DNA of 64,000 nt from Octopus sinensis (GCF_006345805.1 NC_043002.1:12338001-12402000); one strand, 5' to 3'. Shown: positions 13,210 through 25,686, numbered from the stretch's first letter. Numbers and translations are program-made. Notes: a model not told the origin generated them from the letters alone.

Positions 13210-13785
13210 TTTTCGGCAAACGTATCACATAGGATGAAACATGGGTCATTTCTATGATCCTAAGACTAAAGTCCAATCGAAGCAACCGAAGCATGATAAC
13301 TCACCACCTCCAAAGAAGGCTCATGTCCATCCCACAGCAGGTAAGGCTCATGTCCATCCCTCAACAGCTTTTTGGACAAGCGCGGAGTAGTGATGATGGA
13401 ATTTCTGGCAAAGGACACCACAGTTAACAAGGCATATCATGCTTCTCTGCTGGAATAATTACTAGACACCATCAAAGCAGCAAAGCGTGGCGTGCCAACC
13501 AAAGGAGTTCGCCTCCTCCGAGACAACTCCCCAGTTTACAATGCGCATGTTGCCCAGATGAAAGCACAATCCTGCGGCTATGAAATCCTTCCTTAACCCC
13601 CCTACTCTCCCGACCTCGTACCACCTGACTTCCAGCTCTTCCCAACCATGAAGTATTTTTGAAATGGAAGCACCTTTCGGATGATGAACTTATTTCTGAG
13701 GTAAAGTCTTGGCTCCAGATGAGGTCTTCATATCTGCATAAAGCAATGGGAGAAGTGTGTCAACATTATTGATGCCTATGTATAG
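13210..13785 (+). pseudogene. Mariner transposase catalytic-domain remnant (irritans/Himar1-like)
   Basis: Piecewise translation gives DETWV, YDPKTKVQS, SPPPKK, LL.DNSPV and PPYSPDLVPPDF; multiple stops and frameshifts. Confidence 0.85.
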
Positions 13786-13788
13786 TAG

Positions 13789-14883
13789 GGTTCTTTTCTG
13801 TTTGGCTGCCATCATTGCAAAAATTCAAGTTTACCGAAAATTTTAAAATTTGGCTCCTTAATATACTTTCCCATGCCGAATTCGCGGACTATTTTCACTT
13901 TTTCTGGAAAAATGTTCTTAAAAAGTTATAGAGATTAAAATTTTCACTCAGCCAGGAAACTGCACATTTTGTTAACATCCTGAAAATAGCACTTGTGTTT
14001 TTATATGAAACTGTAAACAAATGAATTACGCATGACATATAAACCCTCGTAATTTTTTTTTTTTTTTTTTGAGATTCAGAAATCTTTCGCGAATTTGTAT
14101 TTTACGCGCGGGACTTCATAAGATTATGTAAAAGAAAAACGGCGTGTGTGGCTGATTTAAGGCCTATTCAGCTGTTATTCACGACCACATCACAAAAAGG
14201 AAAGAACGAGCAAACAACATGTCTTTTAGTTTTAAGCATTCAATGTGCATTTAATGCGGTAACACGAACTTAACAGATTTATCCAGAAACGGTATTTAGC
14301 TGTTATTTTTTACACACCTCACAGCCACCTCAATGAGAAAAGGAAACGGGTAAGTAACACATACTTTATAGTTTTAAGTATTCAATATGCATTTAATGCG
14401 ATAGCACGAGCTTAAAAGATTTATCTAGAAACGAAATAGCACATTCCAAATTAAATATTTTTTAAAAACAAACATTTTGTTGACCAGTTCATTCGAAACG
14501 AAAGTTAGAAATGCATTCGATCAATTTCTGGAACAAATCCCAATTTTCATATCCCCTACCCTACATAAATTCACAAGCTCAATTGTCAGTAGATAGGTAA
14601 AACAAGTGGTTTTAATATATTTGTCAAAGCGTGCTTTCCCGCAGACAAAAGTTTTCTCATGTTCCGCTTGTTAATATCAAAACAGGCATGAATGTGTCTG
14701 TGGCTTACGATTGGGTACAATTACCTAAAATTTTCAAAATTTAATTGCTAATAATTTTTTTATTTATTAATTTATAACGAACATGGTTTTCATGTCGTTC
14801 ATTAGCCGATAAAAGTGTATTAACAACTGATTATGATATCAATTCGAACAGAAATTGATGCTGGCGGCCAAACCGAAGGATCC
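13789..14883. mobile_element. Non-autonomous DNA element with imperfect GG-start TIRs and an internal ~135-bp tandem duplication
   Basis: Left GGTTCTTTTCTGTTTGGCTGCCATCA versus reverse complement of the right end GGATCCTTCGGTTTGGCCGCCAGCATCA. Internal repeat ~14165-14295 / ~14295-14435. Confidence 0.55.
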
Positions 14884-14926
14884 TCAGTTCATTTATCCCA
14901 GCATTGGGAAATGGATCGGGGGAAAA

Positions 14927-14977
<51 letters not shown>

Positions 14978-14982
14978 TATAG

Positions 14983-15068
<86 letters not shown>

Positions 15069-15122
15069 CTATATATATATATATATATATATATGTTGAC
15101 GCAACGAAATCGATCGTTGGAA

Positions 15123-15517
15123 GGCGGCGAGCTGGCAGAACCGTTAGCACGCGGGCGAAATGCGTAGCGGTATTTCGTCTGCCGTTACGTTCTGAGTTCA
15201 AATTCCGCCGAGGTCGACTTTGACTTTCATCCTTTCGGGGTCGATTATATAAGTAACAGCTACGCACTAGTGTCGATGTAATCGACTTAATCCGTTTGTC
15301 TGTCCTTGTTTGTTCCCTCTGTGTTTAGCCCCTTGTGGGTAGTAAAGAAATAGGTATTTCGTCTGTCTTTATGTTCTGAGTTCAAATTCCGCCGAGATCG
15401 ACTTTGACTTTCATCATTTCGGGGTCGATAAATTAAGGACCAGTCGCGCACTGGGGTCGATCTAATCGTCTGGCCCCGCTCCTCGAAAATTTCGGGCCTT
15501 GTGCCTAGAGTAGAAAG
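15123..15517 (+). mobile_element. Dimeric SINE family B
   Basis: Two gttctgagttcaaattccgccgag modules joined by the aatccgtttgtctgtccttg spacer. Confidence 0.9.
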
Positions 15518-15580
15518 TAATTTTTGAAGCTTGAACTCTTGAACCCCACCCCAAATCTACATAGACAAAACATCGTTGCA

Positions 15581-15941
15581 CTCCGCCAGTTACGACGACG
15601 TGGATTCCAGTTGATACGATCGACGGAACAGCTTGCTCGTGAAATTAACGTGCAAGTGGCTGAGTACTCCACAGACACGTGTAATCTCAGGGAGATTCAA
15701 CGTGACACAGAGTGTGACTAGGCTGACCCTCTGAAATACAGGTACAACAGAAACAGGAAGAAAGAGTGAGAGAAAGTTGTGGCGTAAGAGTACAGTAGGG
15801 TTCTCCACCACCCCTTGCCAGAGCCTCGTGGAGCTTTAAGTGTTTTCGCACAATAAACACTCACAACGCCCGGTCTGGGAATCGAAACCGCGATCCTACG
15901 TCCGCGTGTCCGCTGCCCTAACCACTGGGCCATTGCGCCTC
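15581..15941 (-). mobile_element. tRNA-derived SINE (head H2 + tail C)
   Basis: Minus-strand head GAGGCGCAATGGCCCAGTGGTTAGGGCAGCGG; tail matches 51830-52011. Confidence 0.85.
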
Positions 15942-16599
15942 ACAAATTCCCGTATATACATATATAATTTGTGTGAGGGATAGAGAGAGACAGACAGTGA
16001 GAGTGACAGAGAGTAAACACAATTCTGAAGATAGTGATGAGCTTCATAATTCTTAGGTGTTTCATAAGCAACTGAATTGTCTTCAATTGAACATTATGAT
16101 TTGCTGAAGATGTATAGCAAGTCCGGAATATGTTAAGCATTAATATAATTCAAGTTTAGACTGGCATCTTTAAACAAGTCACCTATTAAAATTTAAAATT
16201 TCATAAATTTCGCCGTTGCACCTTGTGAAACAAAATTGTCATTGTTTTAATTTTAATTCATTAAACAGAAATTTCGTTTTCACTCGCCATATGCTGTATA
16301 TCAGTAAACATTTAACTAAATGCTCTTTGTAACGTTAAAACGCTTCATTGTTTCAGAATACATTGCATGAATGAAATGTAGTCCAGCAATCACCCAAACA
16401 GTGACTGCGTTCTAAGATTTAAACTAATTACTCTGACAGGTGAGATTATGTATGTAATCTAAAGATGTCTCAATTGACATACTTCGAGGAGCGAATTCTC
16501 AATTATAACGACCCTCATATGAAACCGGTTCGATTTATTACAATAGGACGAGAGACAACGTTAGGTTTAATATTTTACGACGCTAACTATATAGTCTAA

Positions 16600-16692
16600 A
16601 AGGGGTTGCTGCAAAGTTCCAGGCTTTGAGTAAAAGAAAGTACAAGAGGATCAGTTAATTATGAAGTTATTCAACATATTCCCCTTCTCAGA
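16600..16692 (+). mobile_element. Possible mariner-type terminal fragment
   Basis: aggggttgctgcaaagttcc resembles mariner TIR starts (recognition from memory only). Confidence 0.35.
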
Positions 16693-18108
16693 TTCTTTTC
16701 TACGCTAGGAAAAACGCCCGAAATTTTGGGGGAGGGCGGGCCAGCCGATTAGATCGTCACCAGTATACAACTTGTATATAATTTATCGGCACCAAAAGGA
16801 AGAATCAACTTCGGTGGAATTTGAACTCAGAACGTTAAGACAGACGATATATATTTCTTTAATGCCCTGAAGGTGCTAAACATACAGGGGGCAAACAAGG
16901 ACAGACAAACGGATTAAGTCGATTACATCGACCCCAGTGCGTAACTTGTATTTAATTTATCGACCACGAAAGGATGAAAGGCAAAGTAGACCTCGGCGGA
17001 ATTTGAACTCAGAACATAAAGTCAGACGAAATACCTACTTCTATTTCTCTACTACCCACAGGGGGCTAAACACAGAGGGGACAAACAAGGACAGACAAAC
17101 GGATTAAGTCAATTATATCGACCCCAGTGCGTAACCGGTACTTATTTAATCGACCCCGAAAGGATGAAAGGCAAAGCTGACCTCGGTGGAATTTGAACTC
17201 AAAACGTAACAGCAGACGAAATACGGCTACGCCTTTCGCCCGGCGTGCTAACGTTTCTGCCAACAAAATGCTTACCGGCATTTCGTCTGTACTTACGTTC
17301 TGAGGTCAATTTCCGCCGAGGTCGGGTCGATAAAACACTGGAGTCGATGAGATCTATTAGCCCCCTCCCCGCCAAATTTCGGGCCTTGTGCCTTTAATAG
17401 AAAGGGCGAAATGCTTAGTCGTATTTCATCTGTCGTTACGTTCCGAGCTCAAATTCCGCCGAGGTCGACTTTGTCTTTCATTCTTTCGGGGTCGATGAAA
17501 TAAGTACCAGTTGAACATTGGGGTCAATGTAATTGACTCATCTCCACCTCTTCCAAGCTGCCCTTTGTGGCAAATATTTGAAATAATTATTATAATAAGG
17601 CGGCAAGCTGGCAGAACCGTTAGCCCACCGGACAAAATGCTCAGCGGCATTTCGTCCGTTTTAATGTCCTGTGTTCAAATACCCACCGAAGTCGTCTTTG
17701 CCTTTCACCCTTTCGAGGGTCAATGTAATCGACTTTCCTATCCACACAACCTGCTGGTCTTGTGCTAACATTCGAAATTCTTATTGCACTGACCTTTAGC
17801 GTGGCAAGTTCGAAGAAGCATTAACGTGCCTGACATAATGCTTGGCGGTATCCCTTATTTCTCCGAATAAGGCGGTGAGCTGGCAGAATCGTTAGCACGC
17901 CGGGCGAAATGCGTCGCCGAATTTCGTCTGCCGCTACGTTCTGAGTTCAAATTCCGCCGAGGTCGACTTTGCCTTTCATCCTTTCGGGGTCGATTAAATA
18001 AGTACCAGTTACGCAATGTAGTCGATATAATCGACTTAATCCATTTCTTTGTCCTTATTTGTCCTCTATGTGTTTAGCCCCTTGAGGGTAATAAAGAAAT
18101 AGGTATCC
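16693..18108. mobile_element. Cluster of about 7 SINE family B modules in both orientations
   Basis: Minus-strand modules at 16693-17268 and plus-strand modules at 17270-18108. Confidence 0.85.
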
Positions 18109-18299
18109 CTTATTCTTCCGAAATTTTTTCTTTTTTTTTTTACCTTTTGTAACCTTTCTCATGTGATAAAATAAGTATCAGCTGAGCTCTGGGATGTTCT
18201 GATAATCAAGGACCCTTTACAACTATTTCAGGCTTTGCATTTACAGTCGAAAGAATCCTTTCACTAAAACTTTAAACGGAATTTAAACTCAAAGCACAG

Positions 18300-18720
18300 C
18301 GAGGACGAAATCGCTGCTACGGTGTGTACGAACTGGTGGGAGATGAAACATGGGCCATGAGCGGAGGCGTGACTACATATTCGATTGACTCTGGGTAGAA
18401 GTGTCACGAGATTATTCGGCTGCCCACAGCAGAAGCCCTTTTGATAGCGGTGGGTAAGGCAGAACAAAGAGAAGTTACGCCTGTGGGAGAAAGACGGAAA
18501 TGCATTAGTGTGCAGCCTGAAGCTAAGCAATTGGTGAAACCGACCCTGGATCGTCAAACAAATACATTATGTATCTTTAACATAAGTACCCGCATGCTTT
18601 TGGTTTCCATAGAAACGGCTTGGTCCTGGTTAGGATTGATGTCGACAATCAAGCCATAAAAATGTTATCAATGTGGAGAAACTCCTCCCACCATAAAGAT
18701 TATTTATCTCTTTGTTGGGT
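18300..18720 (+). pseudogene. Possible decayed retroelement ORF1 with a zinc-knuckle remnant
   Basis: aaatgttatcaatgtggagaaact = KCYQCGET near 18660; the rest is not translatable. Confidence 0.25.
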
Positions 18721-19317
18721 ACTCCACCCGTTTGCCATTTGTAAACACAGCAACAACTCTACGTACGCACCTGCACGTTCACTGATAGAGATGTAAGGGA
18801 CGGTCACGTGGTGGCGAGAGTGTTTGTATTCGGGGGTAGTGGTGGTGGCGATGATGTTAGTGGAGTGTGGGGGAGATAGTAATAGTGGTGGTTGTGAAGT
18901 GATATGGTTGGGGAGGTAGTGGCGTGTGGTAGAGGTGGTAGTGGAGCGTGCTGGTGTTGGAGGGGCGAAATCGACTGCGATGGTCGTGGTAGTGGTAGTG
19001 ATGATCACGAAAGAGTATTGTGGTAGTATTGACGTTGGTGATAATGTAGTCGGTGGTAGTATTGGTGCTAGTGGTGGTGACTGACGTTGTAGCAGTTGTG
19101 GTAGTATTCCTCTGGTTTGTGTTAAATCTGATATTGGTACTACGGTGATATTAACGTTTACTCCACGTTTGCTCTAATTAACTAGGCGATGTGTAAAAAC
19201 GTTCCACCCATAACCATCCAGTCTTTTATTCATAAACTATGTGTCCAAAACTAGCTTAACTAATAAAATCTTAGATATCAGCTCCTTTGAGAACTTGGAG
19301 TTGGAAGTAATCATATA

Positions 19318-19796
19318 TATTTCTTTACTACTCACAAGGGGCTAAACACAGAGAGGACAAGCAAGGACAGACAAAGGGATTAAGTCGATTACATCGACCC
19401 CATTGCGTAACTGGTACTTAATTTATCGACCTCGAAAGGATGAAAGTAAAGTCGACCTCGGCGGAATTTGAACTCAGAACGTAAAGACAGACGAAATACG
19501 TAGCGGCAGACAAAATACCGCTAAGCATTTCGCCCGGCGTGCTAACGTTTCTGCCAGCTCCCCGATTTAGAAGTGTCAAATATTATTTTCTACTCTAGGC
19601 ACAAGGCCCAAAATTTTTGGAGAGGGGGCCAGTCGATTACATCGACCCCAGTACGGAACTAGTACTTAATTTATCGATCCTGAAAAGATAAAAGGCATAG
19701 TCGACTTAGGCGGAATTTGAACTCAAAACGTAAAGACAGACGAAACACCGCTAAGCATTTCGCCCGCCGTGCTAACGTTTCTGCCAGCACGCCGAC
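19318..19796 (-). mobile_element. Multimeric SINE family B
   Basis: Two ggcggaatttgaactca...cgctaagcatttcgccc modules. Confidence 0.9.
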
Positions 19797-20077
19797 TTAG
19801 AGGTGTCAAATATTGACAATATTTCTGTGATGGTGACGGTTGTGGTAATTAAGGTAACAGAATGGTTGTTATGTTCGTTGTTGTTGCTTACTCCCGCTCA
19901 CTACCACCAAATTAGTCATATAAAACACAAATGCTTAATATATTTCCAGCCATGATGTGTCCGTTCTTTTGGTACGTCATATAGTGGAAGACAGTCGCCC
20001 AAGGTGCTGCGCAGTGGGACATTGAATCGAAAACCAGGTGATTGCAACGCGTGTTTCTTAACCTCAAACATATTTGT

Positions 20078-20373
20078 TCCTTTTTGAGCCATGCCTGGCT
20101 CATAAGGGCCGGTTTCCCTGTTTCCCTGGCGTATAGGTTCCCCACCTGGACGGGACGCCGGTCCTTCGCAGGTGAGCTACAAGATGTAGGAGGAAAGAGT
20201 GAGAGAAAGTTGTGACGAAAGTGTCAGCAGAAGTTCGCCATTACCTTCTGCCGGAGTAGGCGTGGAGCTTTAGGTGTTTCGCACATAAACACACACATCG
20301 CCCGGTCTGAGATAAGAACTCGCGATCCCCGGACCGCGAGTCAGCTGCTCTAACCACTAGGCCATGTACCTCC
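20078..20373 (-). mobile_element. tRNA-derived SINE (head H2 + tail D)
   Basis: Colinear with 5071-5360. Confidence 0.85.
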
Positions 20374-21257
20374 ACAACCTTAAACATGCCTGTGCTTAAA
20401 AATACATTGCGAACGAAAAGAAAAGAAAGGAAAAATGTGGTTTAGTATTTCATGAAATTAAAGAAAAAAAAAATCGGAAATTGATGTCTGGTTTGGTGAC
20501 GGATGGAACGAAGTTCGAATCTTTATTACAACAAAATTAAAACATAGAAAGAACTCAAACTCTTTTGAAATTGACAAATTTAAAAAAAAGTGGTAATTAA
20601 ATAGATGTTTAGTATTTTTTTAAACGTTAACCAAGCGATCATAAATTAAAAGCAGGTAAGAAACAGGATTATCTTTACGAAGCGAGAGAGAAAGATCTGT
20701 TAGAAGATTCACTGTAATGTTTATTTTTTTTATGTTATTTAAGTTTTATATTTATATTTATATTTATTTTTAGTTTAATTTTTTTTTTTTTAAAGATCGT
20801 GCCATTTTGATGTCGGCATCGTTTTAGTAGCAAGAAGCCTATTTACAAAGAAACAGTCAATTGAAAAATGTGTGTCTTCAGTTTCGTCGAGATAAAGACG
20901 GAGGAAACCGGTAAACATATTAAGATTTATCGCCGAAGAAAAATCGCTGATCAGATAGCACCACGAACGAGATTATTTTATTGATTCTTCAAATCACTTG
21001 AAATTTGAAGAGTTTTAATGAAAATTTTGTTAAAAATCTTAATTACTTTCTGTTTTTAATCGAAGCAAAGATGGGCGAGAATGTAATGAAGATGGCTACC
21101 AATGGAATGTGCTTGGCAGAATGGATTGCTGTATTTTGTTTCCTTCGTCTGGATTGCGTAAGTCAAATATTTAAGATCGATTATTGTATGAAATATACAG
21201 TGGGCCCCTAAAACAGGGCGATCAGAAATTTTATACATAACCAGGTGATCATATCTC

Positions 21258-21647
21258 TCTTTTCTCTTTTACTTGTTTCAGACATTTGACTGTGGCCATG
21301 CTGGATCGCCGCATTTAGTCGAACAAATCAACCCCAGGACGTATTCTTTGTAAGCCTAGTATTTATTCTGTCGGCCTGTTTTGCCGAACCGCTAAGTTAC
21401 AGGGACGTAAACACACCAGCATCGGTTATCAAGCGATGTTGAGGGGACAAACATACACACACATATACATATATATAAATACATATATACGACGGTATTC
21501 TTTCTGTTACCGTCTACCAAATCCACTCACAAGTCTTTGGTCGGCCCGAGGATATAGTAGAAAACACTTTCCCAAGGTGACACGCAGTGGGAATAAACCC
21601 AGACAATGTGGTTGCTAAGTAAGCTACTTACTACACAGCCACTCCTG

Positions 21648-21649
<2 letters not shown>
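21258..21649 (-). mobile_element. SINE family A, full length
   Basis: Head tcgcaggagtggctgtgtagtaag, internal (TA/TG)n, tail ccagcatggccacagtcaaatgtctgaaac. Confidence 0.9.
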
Positions 21650-21681
<32 letters not shown>

Positions 21682-21984
21682 CTGTTGTTGTACATCGCTG
21701 ATCACAATGCACTTTTGCATTGTTTTAGAAATTTTAAATGATGCCGCCCCGCTGGCTAGGCGAGCAGGCCAACATTATCCACCTCCCCGATCGAAAGGTA
21801 AATGGAGCAAAGTGGAATGAAGAGTATTGTTCAAGAACACAACGCATCGCCCAGGCAGGGAATCGAACCTACTATCTAGCGATATCGAAAGCAACAGCCT
21901 AACCAATAGGCCACACTCCTTCATACTGTACCAAGTATTTATTTCAGTTTCAAATATTTATTCGTAGACGTGGATGTCTGATAA

Positions 21985-22338
21985 GGAGCTTCGTTCCGGG
22001 TTCAGTCCCACTGCGAGGCACCTTGGGCAAGTGACTTCTAGTATAGCCTCTGGCCGACCAAAGCCTTGGGCGTGTTTTTGGCAATCTGAAACTGAAAGAA
22101 GCTCGTCGTATATATATATATATATGTATATATTTGTGTATCTGTGTTTGTCCTCCCACCATCGCTTGGCAACTGGTGCTGGTCTGTTTACGTCCCAGTA
22201 ACCTAGCGGTTCGGCAATAGTGGACGATAGAATAAGGCTTACAAAGCATAAGTCCTGGTGGTCGAAATGTTCGACTAAAGGTGGTGCTCCAGTAAGACCG
22301 CCGTCAAATGACTGAAAGAAGTAAAATAATAAAAGAAT
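21985..22338 (+). mobile_element. SINE family A (5' end eroded)
   Basis: ttccgggttcagtcccactgcg...ggtggtgctccagtaagaccgccgtcaaatgactgaa. Confidence 0.85.
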
Positions 22339-22698
22339 ACTGTTAACTTTTCATAAGCATTCTTTGGCACAACCTAAAGGTTAGTGTGTCGCACTGATGA
22401 TCGCAAGATCGTAGTTTCGAATCCCGGATCGAGAAGTTACTTTCTCCTTTTGAAACAAACACTAAATTTTACGTTCATTCAGGCTATTAAACTGCGAATG
22501 AGTAACTCCGCGAAAGACAGGCAGCCTATGCAGAAGGAATGTAGCGATACCCTTAAGTCACCTAAGCCCAATGAGAGCCGGGTATCGACCTTATGAATCC
22601 TGGGATTCGAGAAAGTGCTTAATGATATATATGTATGTATATATATATATATGTATATATGTGTGTGTGTATAATAATATATATATAATTATATATGA

Positions 22699-22751
<53 letters not shown>

Positions 22752-22752
22752 G

Positions 22753-22784
<32 letters not shown>

Positions 22785-22841
22785 ATATATATATATATAT
22801 ATGTATATATATGTATATATACATATTCAACATGTGATCTC

Positions 22842-23056
22842 TTAAGCACCACCAGCTCAAATATTTTCTCTCTGTTCTCCCTCTTGGGATCTTTCCTTCT
22901 CCTTGTTTCCGACGAAGAGCTCCGCTCGAAACGTTAAAACCCTCCTTCCCTTCTTTCTGAGCGTCAATAATACTGTAATTGTTCCATGTCCTGCGTTGCT
23001 GTGTTTTTTCTCTTTTTTTCTCTTTTTTTTCTTGTGTTTTTCTTGTTTGGATTAAC
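22842..23056 (+). mobile_element. Short element with a hammerhead-like motif, flanked by (TA)n
   Basis: gttt-CCGACGA-A-GAGC-tcc-GCTC-GAAAC-GTTA-aaac at 22905-22940. Confidence 0.6.
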
Positions 23057-23150
23057 TTTATATATATTATATATATATATATATATTATATATATATATA
23101 TATATTATGTATATGTGTGTATTTATATATATATATATATAATATATATA

Positions 23151-23995
23151 TGAAGTCTGATCCTTAAGTATCCGGTCTGTTACCACAGTAACGAAGCTAA
23201 ACCATACAGAGTAAAGCTGCTCTGCACAGACTGACCTTCAACACTGTTGTGCATGCCCCCTAATTTCTAACGTTCTAGCTCACTTATATTGTTTACAGCA
23301 GTGCTTGGAAGGAAGGTGTGTAGCGTGTGATCGTCGCATTGACCATGACAAAGTTGTCCTGGCAACACCTGTCGATGCAAAATTGCAGACGCAAAGTAGC
23401 AGGCAGAATATAAAGAGGAGTGTATGAGCTGCACACAAGTCTACAAGTAGTTCAAATGTTTCCAAGATGGCGAACGTTCTGGGTGACCCGCAACCAGCAG
23501 AATTGTGAAAAACATCGCAGATGTGCGTGCAACCTGTGACGAAAAACCGTTGGATCACCATCCGTGAGTTATCAGAAGATATGCAAATTAGTTACGGTTC
23601 AGTTCGATCCATTATCACTGAAGATACGAGTATGAAACGTATGTCTGCCAAGTTTGCGCCAAAACTGCTTTCAGCTGACCAGGAAGACACTCGGGTTTCA
23701 GTGGCACAAAACTTCTTCGATTGTGTCGTGATCGATGAAAAATTTTTGAAAACTTTGCGTAGGCCTGTGATATTAACTTTCCACTCAAATTTCTCTGCCA
23801 TTGCCAATGCGACGATAATACGCCACACGCCTTCCTTCCAAGCACTGCTACAAACAGCGGAAGGGAGAGAGAACGTTAACACTTAGTGCGCATGTACAGT
23901 AGAGTTTAAGGCCAATATGCACAAAACGGCTTTACCCTGCATACTTTATTTTCGTTACTATGGCAACAGTCCGGATACTTATTGATGAGGCCACG
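23151..23995 (+). mobile_element. Fold-back mariner derivative: 5' transposase (HTH) fragment between ~200-bp inverted arms
   Basis: ORF 23521-23886 RWITIRELSEDMQISYGSVRSIITED...MSAKFAPKLLS. Arms ~23151-23352 and ~23790-23995 are inverted; TA on both flanks. Confidence 0.9.
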
Positions 23996-24040
23996 TACAT
24001 TTATATATATATATTATACTTCAACAAGAATAGTAATAAA

Positions 24041-24082
24041 AGTGACTTCGAAGTTTCGGCCTGCTACGCCATCATCAGGACC
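24041..24082 (-). ncRNA. Candidate minimal type I hammerhead ribozyme
   Basis: Minus strand: ggtc-CTGATGA-T-GGC-gtagcag-GCC-GAA-ACTTCGAAGT-C-act. Intact core, palindromic stem III, GUC site, weak stem I. Confidence 0.55.
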
Positions 24083-24185
24083 GATATCGATTTTTTCCAC
24101 CAAATCCTTCAACGCATTGCCCCAGCATGGCCGCAATCCACTGACTGAAACAGGCAAAAGATATCAGATAAATGATATACATGTA

Positions 24186-24400
24186 GAGGCGCAATGGCCT
24201 AGTGGTTAGGGCAGCGGACTCGCGGTCGCAGGATCGCGGTTCGATTCTCAGACCGGGCGTTGTGTGTGTTTATTGAGCGAAAACACCTAAAAAGCTCTAC
24301 GAGCTCCGGCAGGGGGGGTGTGATCCCTGCTGTACTCTTTCACCACAATGGCGGTGCCCCAGCATGGCCACAGCTCAAGAGCTGAACTGGAAAAAAAACA
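24186..24400 (+). mobile_element. tRNA-derived SINE (head H2 joined to a family-A-type tail)
   Basis: GAGGCGCAATGGCCTAGTGG head, then ggcggtgccccagcatggccacagctcaagagctg. Confidence 0.8.
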
Positions 24401-24689
24401 AAAACAAACAAAACAAATACAATCAAATGTACATGCAAGCAACCACTGCAAAAACACTTTGAAGCTGACAGACAAAAACTTACATACATACAAAAGCCGA
24501 TACACGTCCGTCGCACTTGTAGAAGTATTGATATAGCTTTTAAAAACATTAGGAATTCCGTAATTTGTATTACGATCTAAGATAAAATATTTATTTTCGG
24601 AAAAGTAGAAAAATCCAGGAATGAATAGGAATCATAAGGTCATCGAGAAAGCTAAATGTTCCGAATATATGAAATTTCGCGCGCGCGTG

Positions 24690-24732
<43 letters not shown>

Positions 24733-24754
24733 CACCTTAAAATATGTATATATA

Positions 24755-25071
24755 TTGAGGAGACCTATAGAGTCAAGTACATCAACATCAGCAATATCAA
24801 GATCAAATAAAATGGAAATTGTAGCACGTAAAAAACACCATCCGAAAGTGGTCGATGCCGGTGCTACCTCCACTGGCTTCTGTGCCGGTGGCACGTAAAA
24901 TGCACCCACTACACTCTCGGAGTGGTTGGCGTAAGGAAGGGCATCCAACTGGAGAAAAACTGCCAGATCAGACTGGTGCCTGGTGCAACCTTCTGGCTTC
25001 CTAGACCGCAGTCGAACTGTCCAACCCATGTCAGCATGGAAAACGGACGTTAAACGATGATGATTACGATG

Positions 25072-25072
<1 letters not shown>
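24755..25072 (+). mobile_element. SINE-like element with a (GAT)n tail
   Basis: Ends tccaacccatgtcagcatggaaaacggacgttaaacgatgatgat; internal duplicated gcacgtaaaa module. Confidence 0.6.
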
Positions 25073-25114
<42 letters not shown>

Positions 25115-25176
25115 TGTGTATGTATGTGTGTGTGTGTGCGTGTGTATGTGTGTGAGTGTGTGTGTACATATGGATT

Positions 25177-25400
25177 TGTCTATATCAGAGGTTTTCAAAC
25201 TTTTTGGGCCACCGCACCCTTCATAGCCACATAATACCCTCAGTGTCCCCACCGCTATTTTTATGTATAAATAAATATTCTATATTCTACTAATTTACAT
25301 ATGATATGAATCATTTGATATTTAATATAATATTATCTAATTTATATACAATACAATAATAATATCATAATAAATTCATGGCGCCCCCAACCCACAGCCT
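25177..25400 (+). mobile_element. hAT-like MITE left end
   Basis: CAGAGGTTTTCAAACTTTTTGGGCC resembles hAT termini; no matching right TIR found. Confidence 0.4.
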
Positions 25401-25429
25401 TCCTCCCAACTACTCCTTTTTCTCTACTT

Positions 25430-25454
25430 TGTGTGTGTGTGTGTGTTTGCGTGT

Positions 25455-25486
<32 letters not shown>

Positions 25487-25560
25487 TTGTGTGTGTGTGT
25501 ATGTGTGTGTGTGTGTGTGTGTTTGTGTGTGTCTATGTGTGTGTGTGTTTGTGTGTGTGT

Positions 25561-25591
<31 letters not shown>

Positions 25592-25654
25592 TTGTGTGTG
25601 TGTATGTGTGTGTGTGTGTGTGTGTGTTTGTGTGTGTCTATGTGTGTGTGTGTT

Positions 25655-25686
<32 letters not shown>

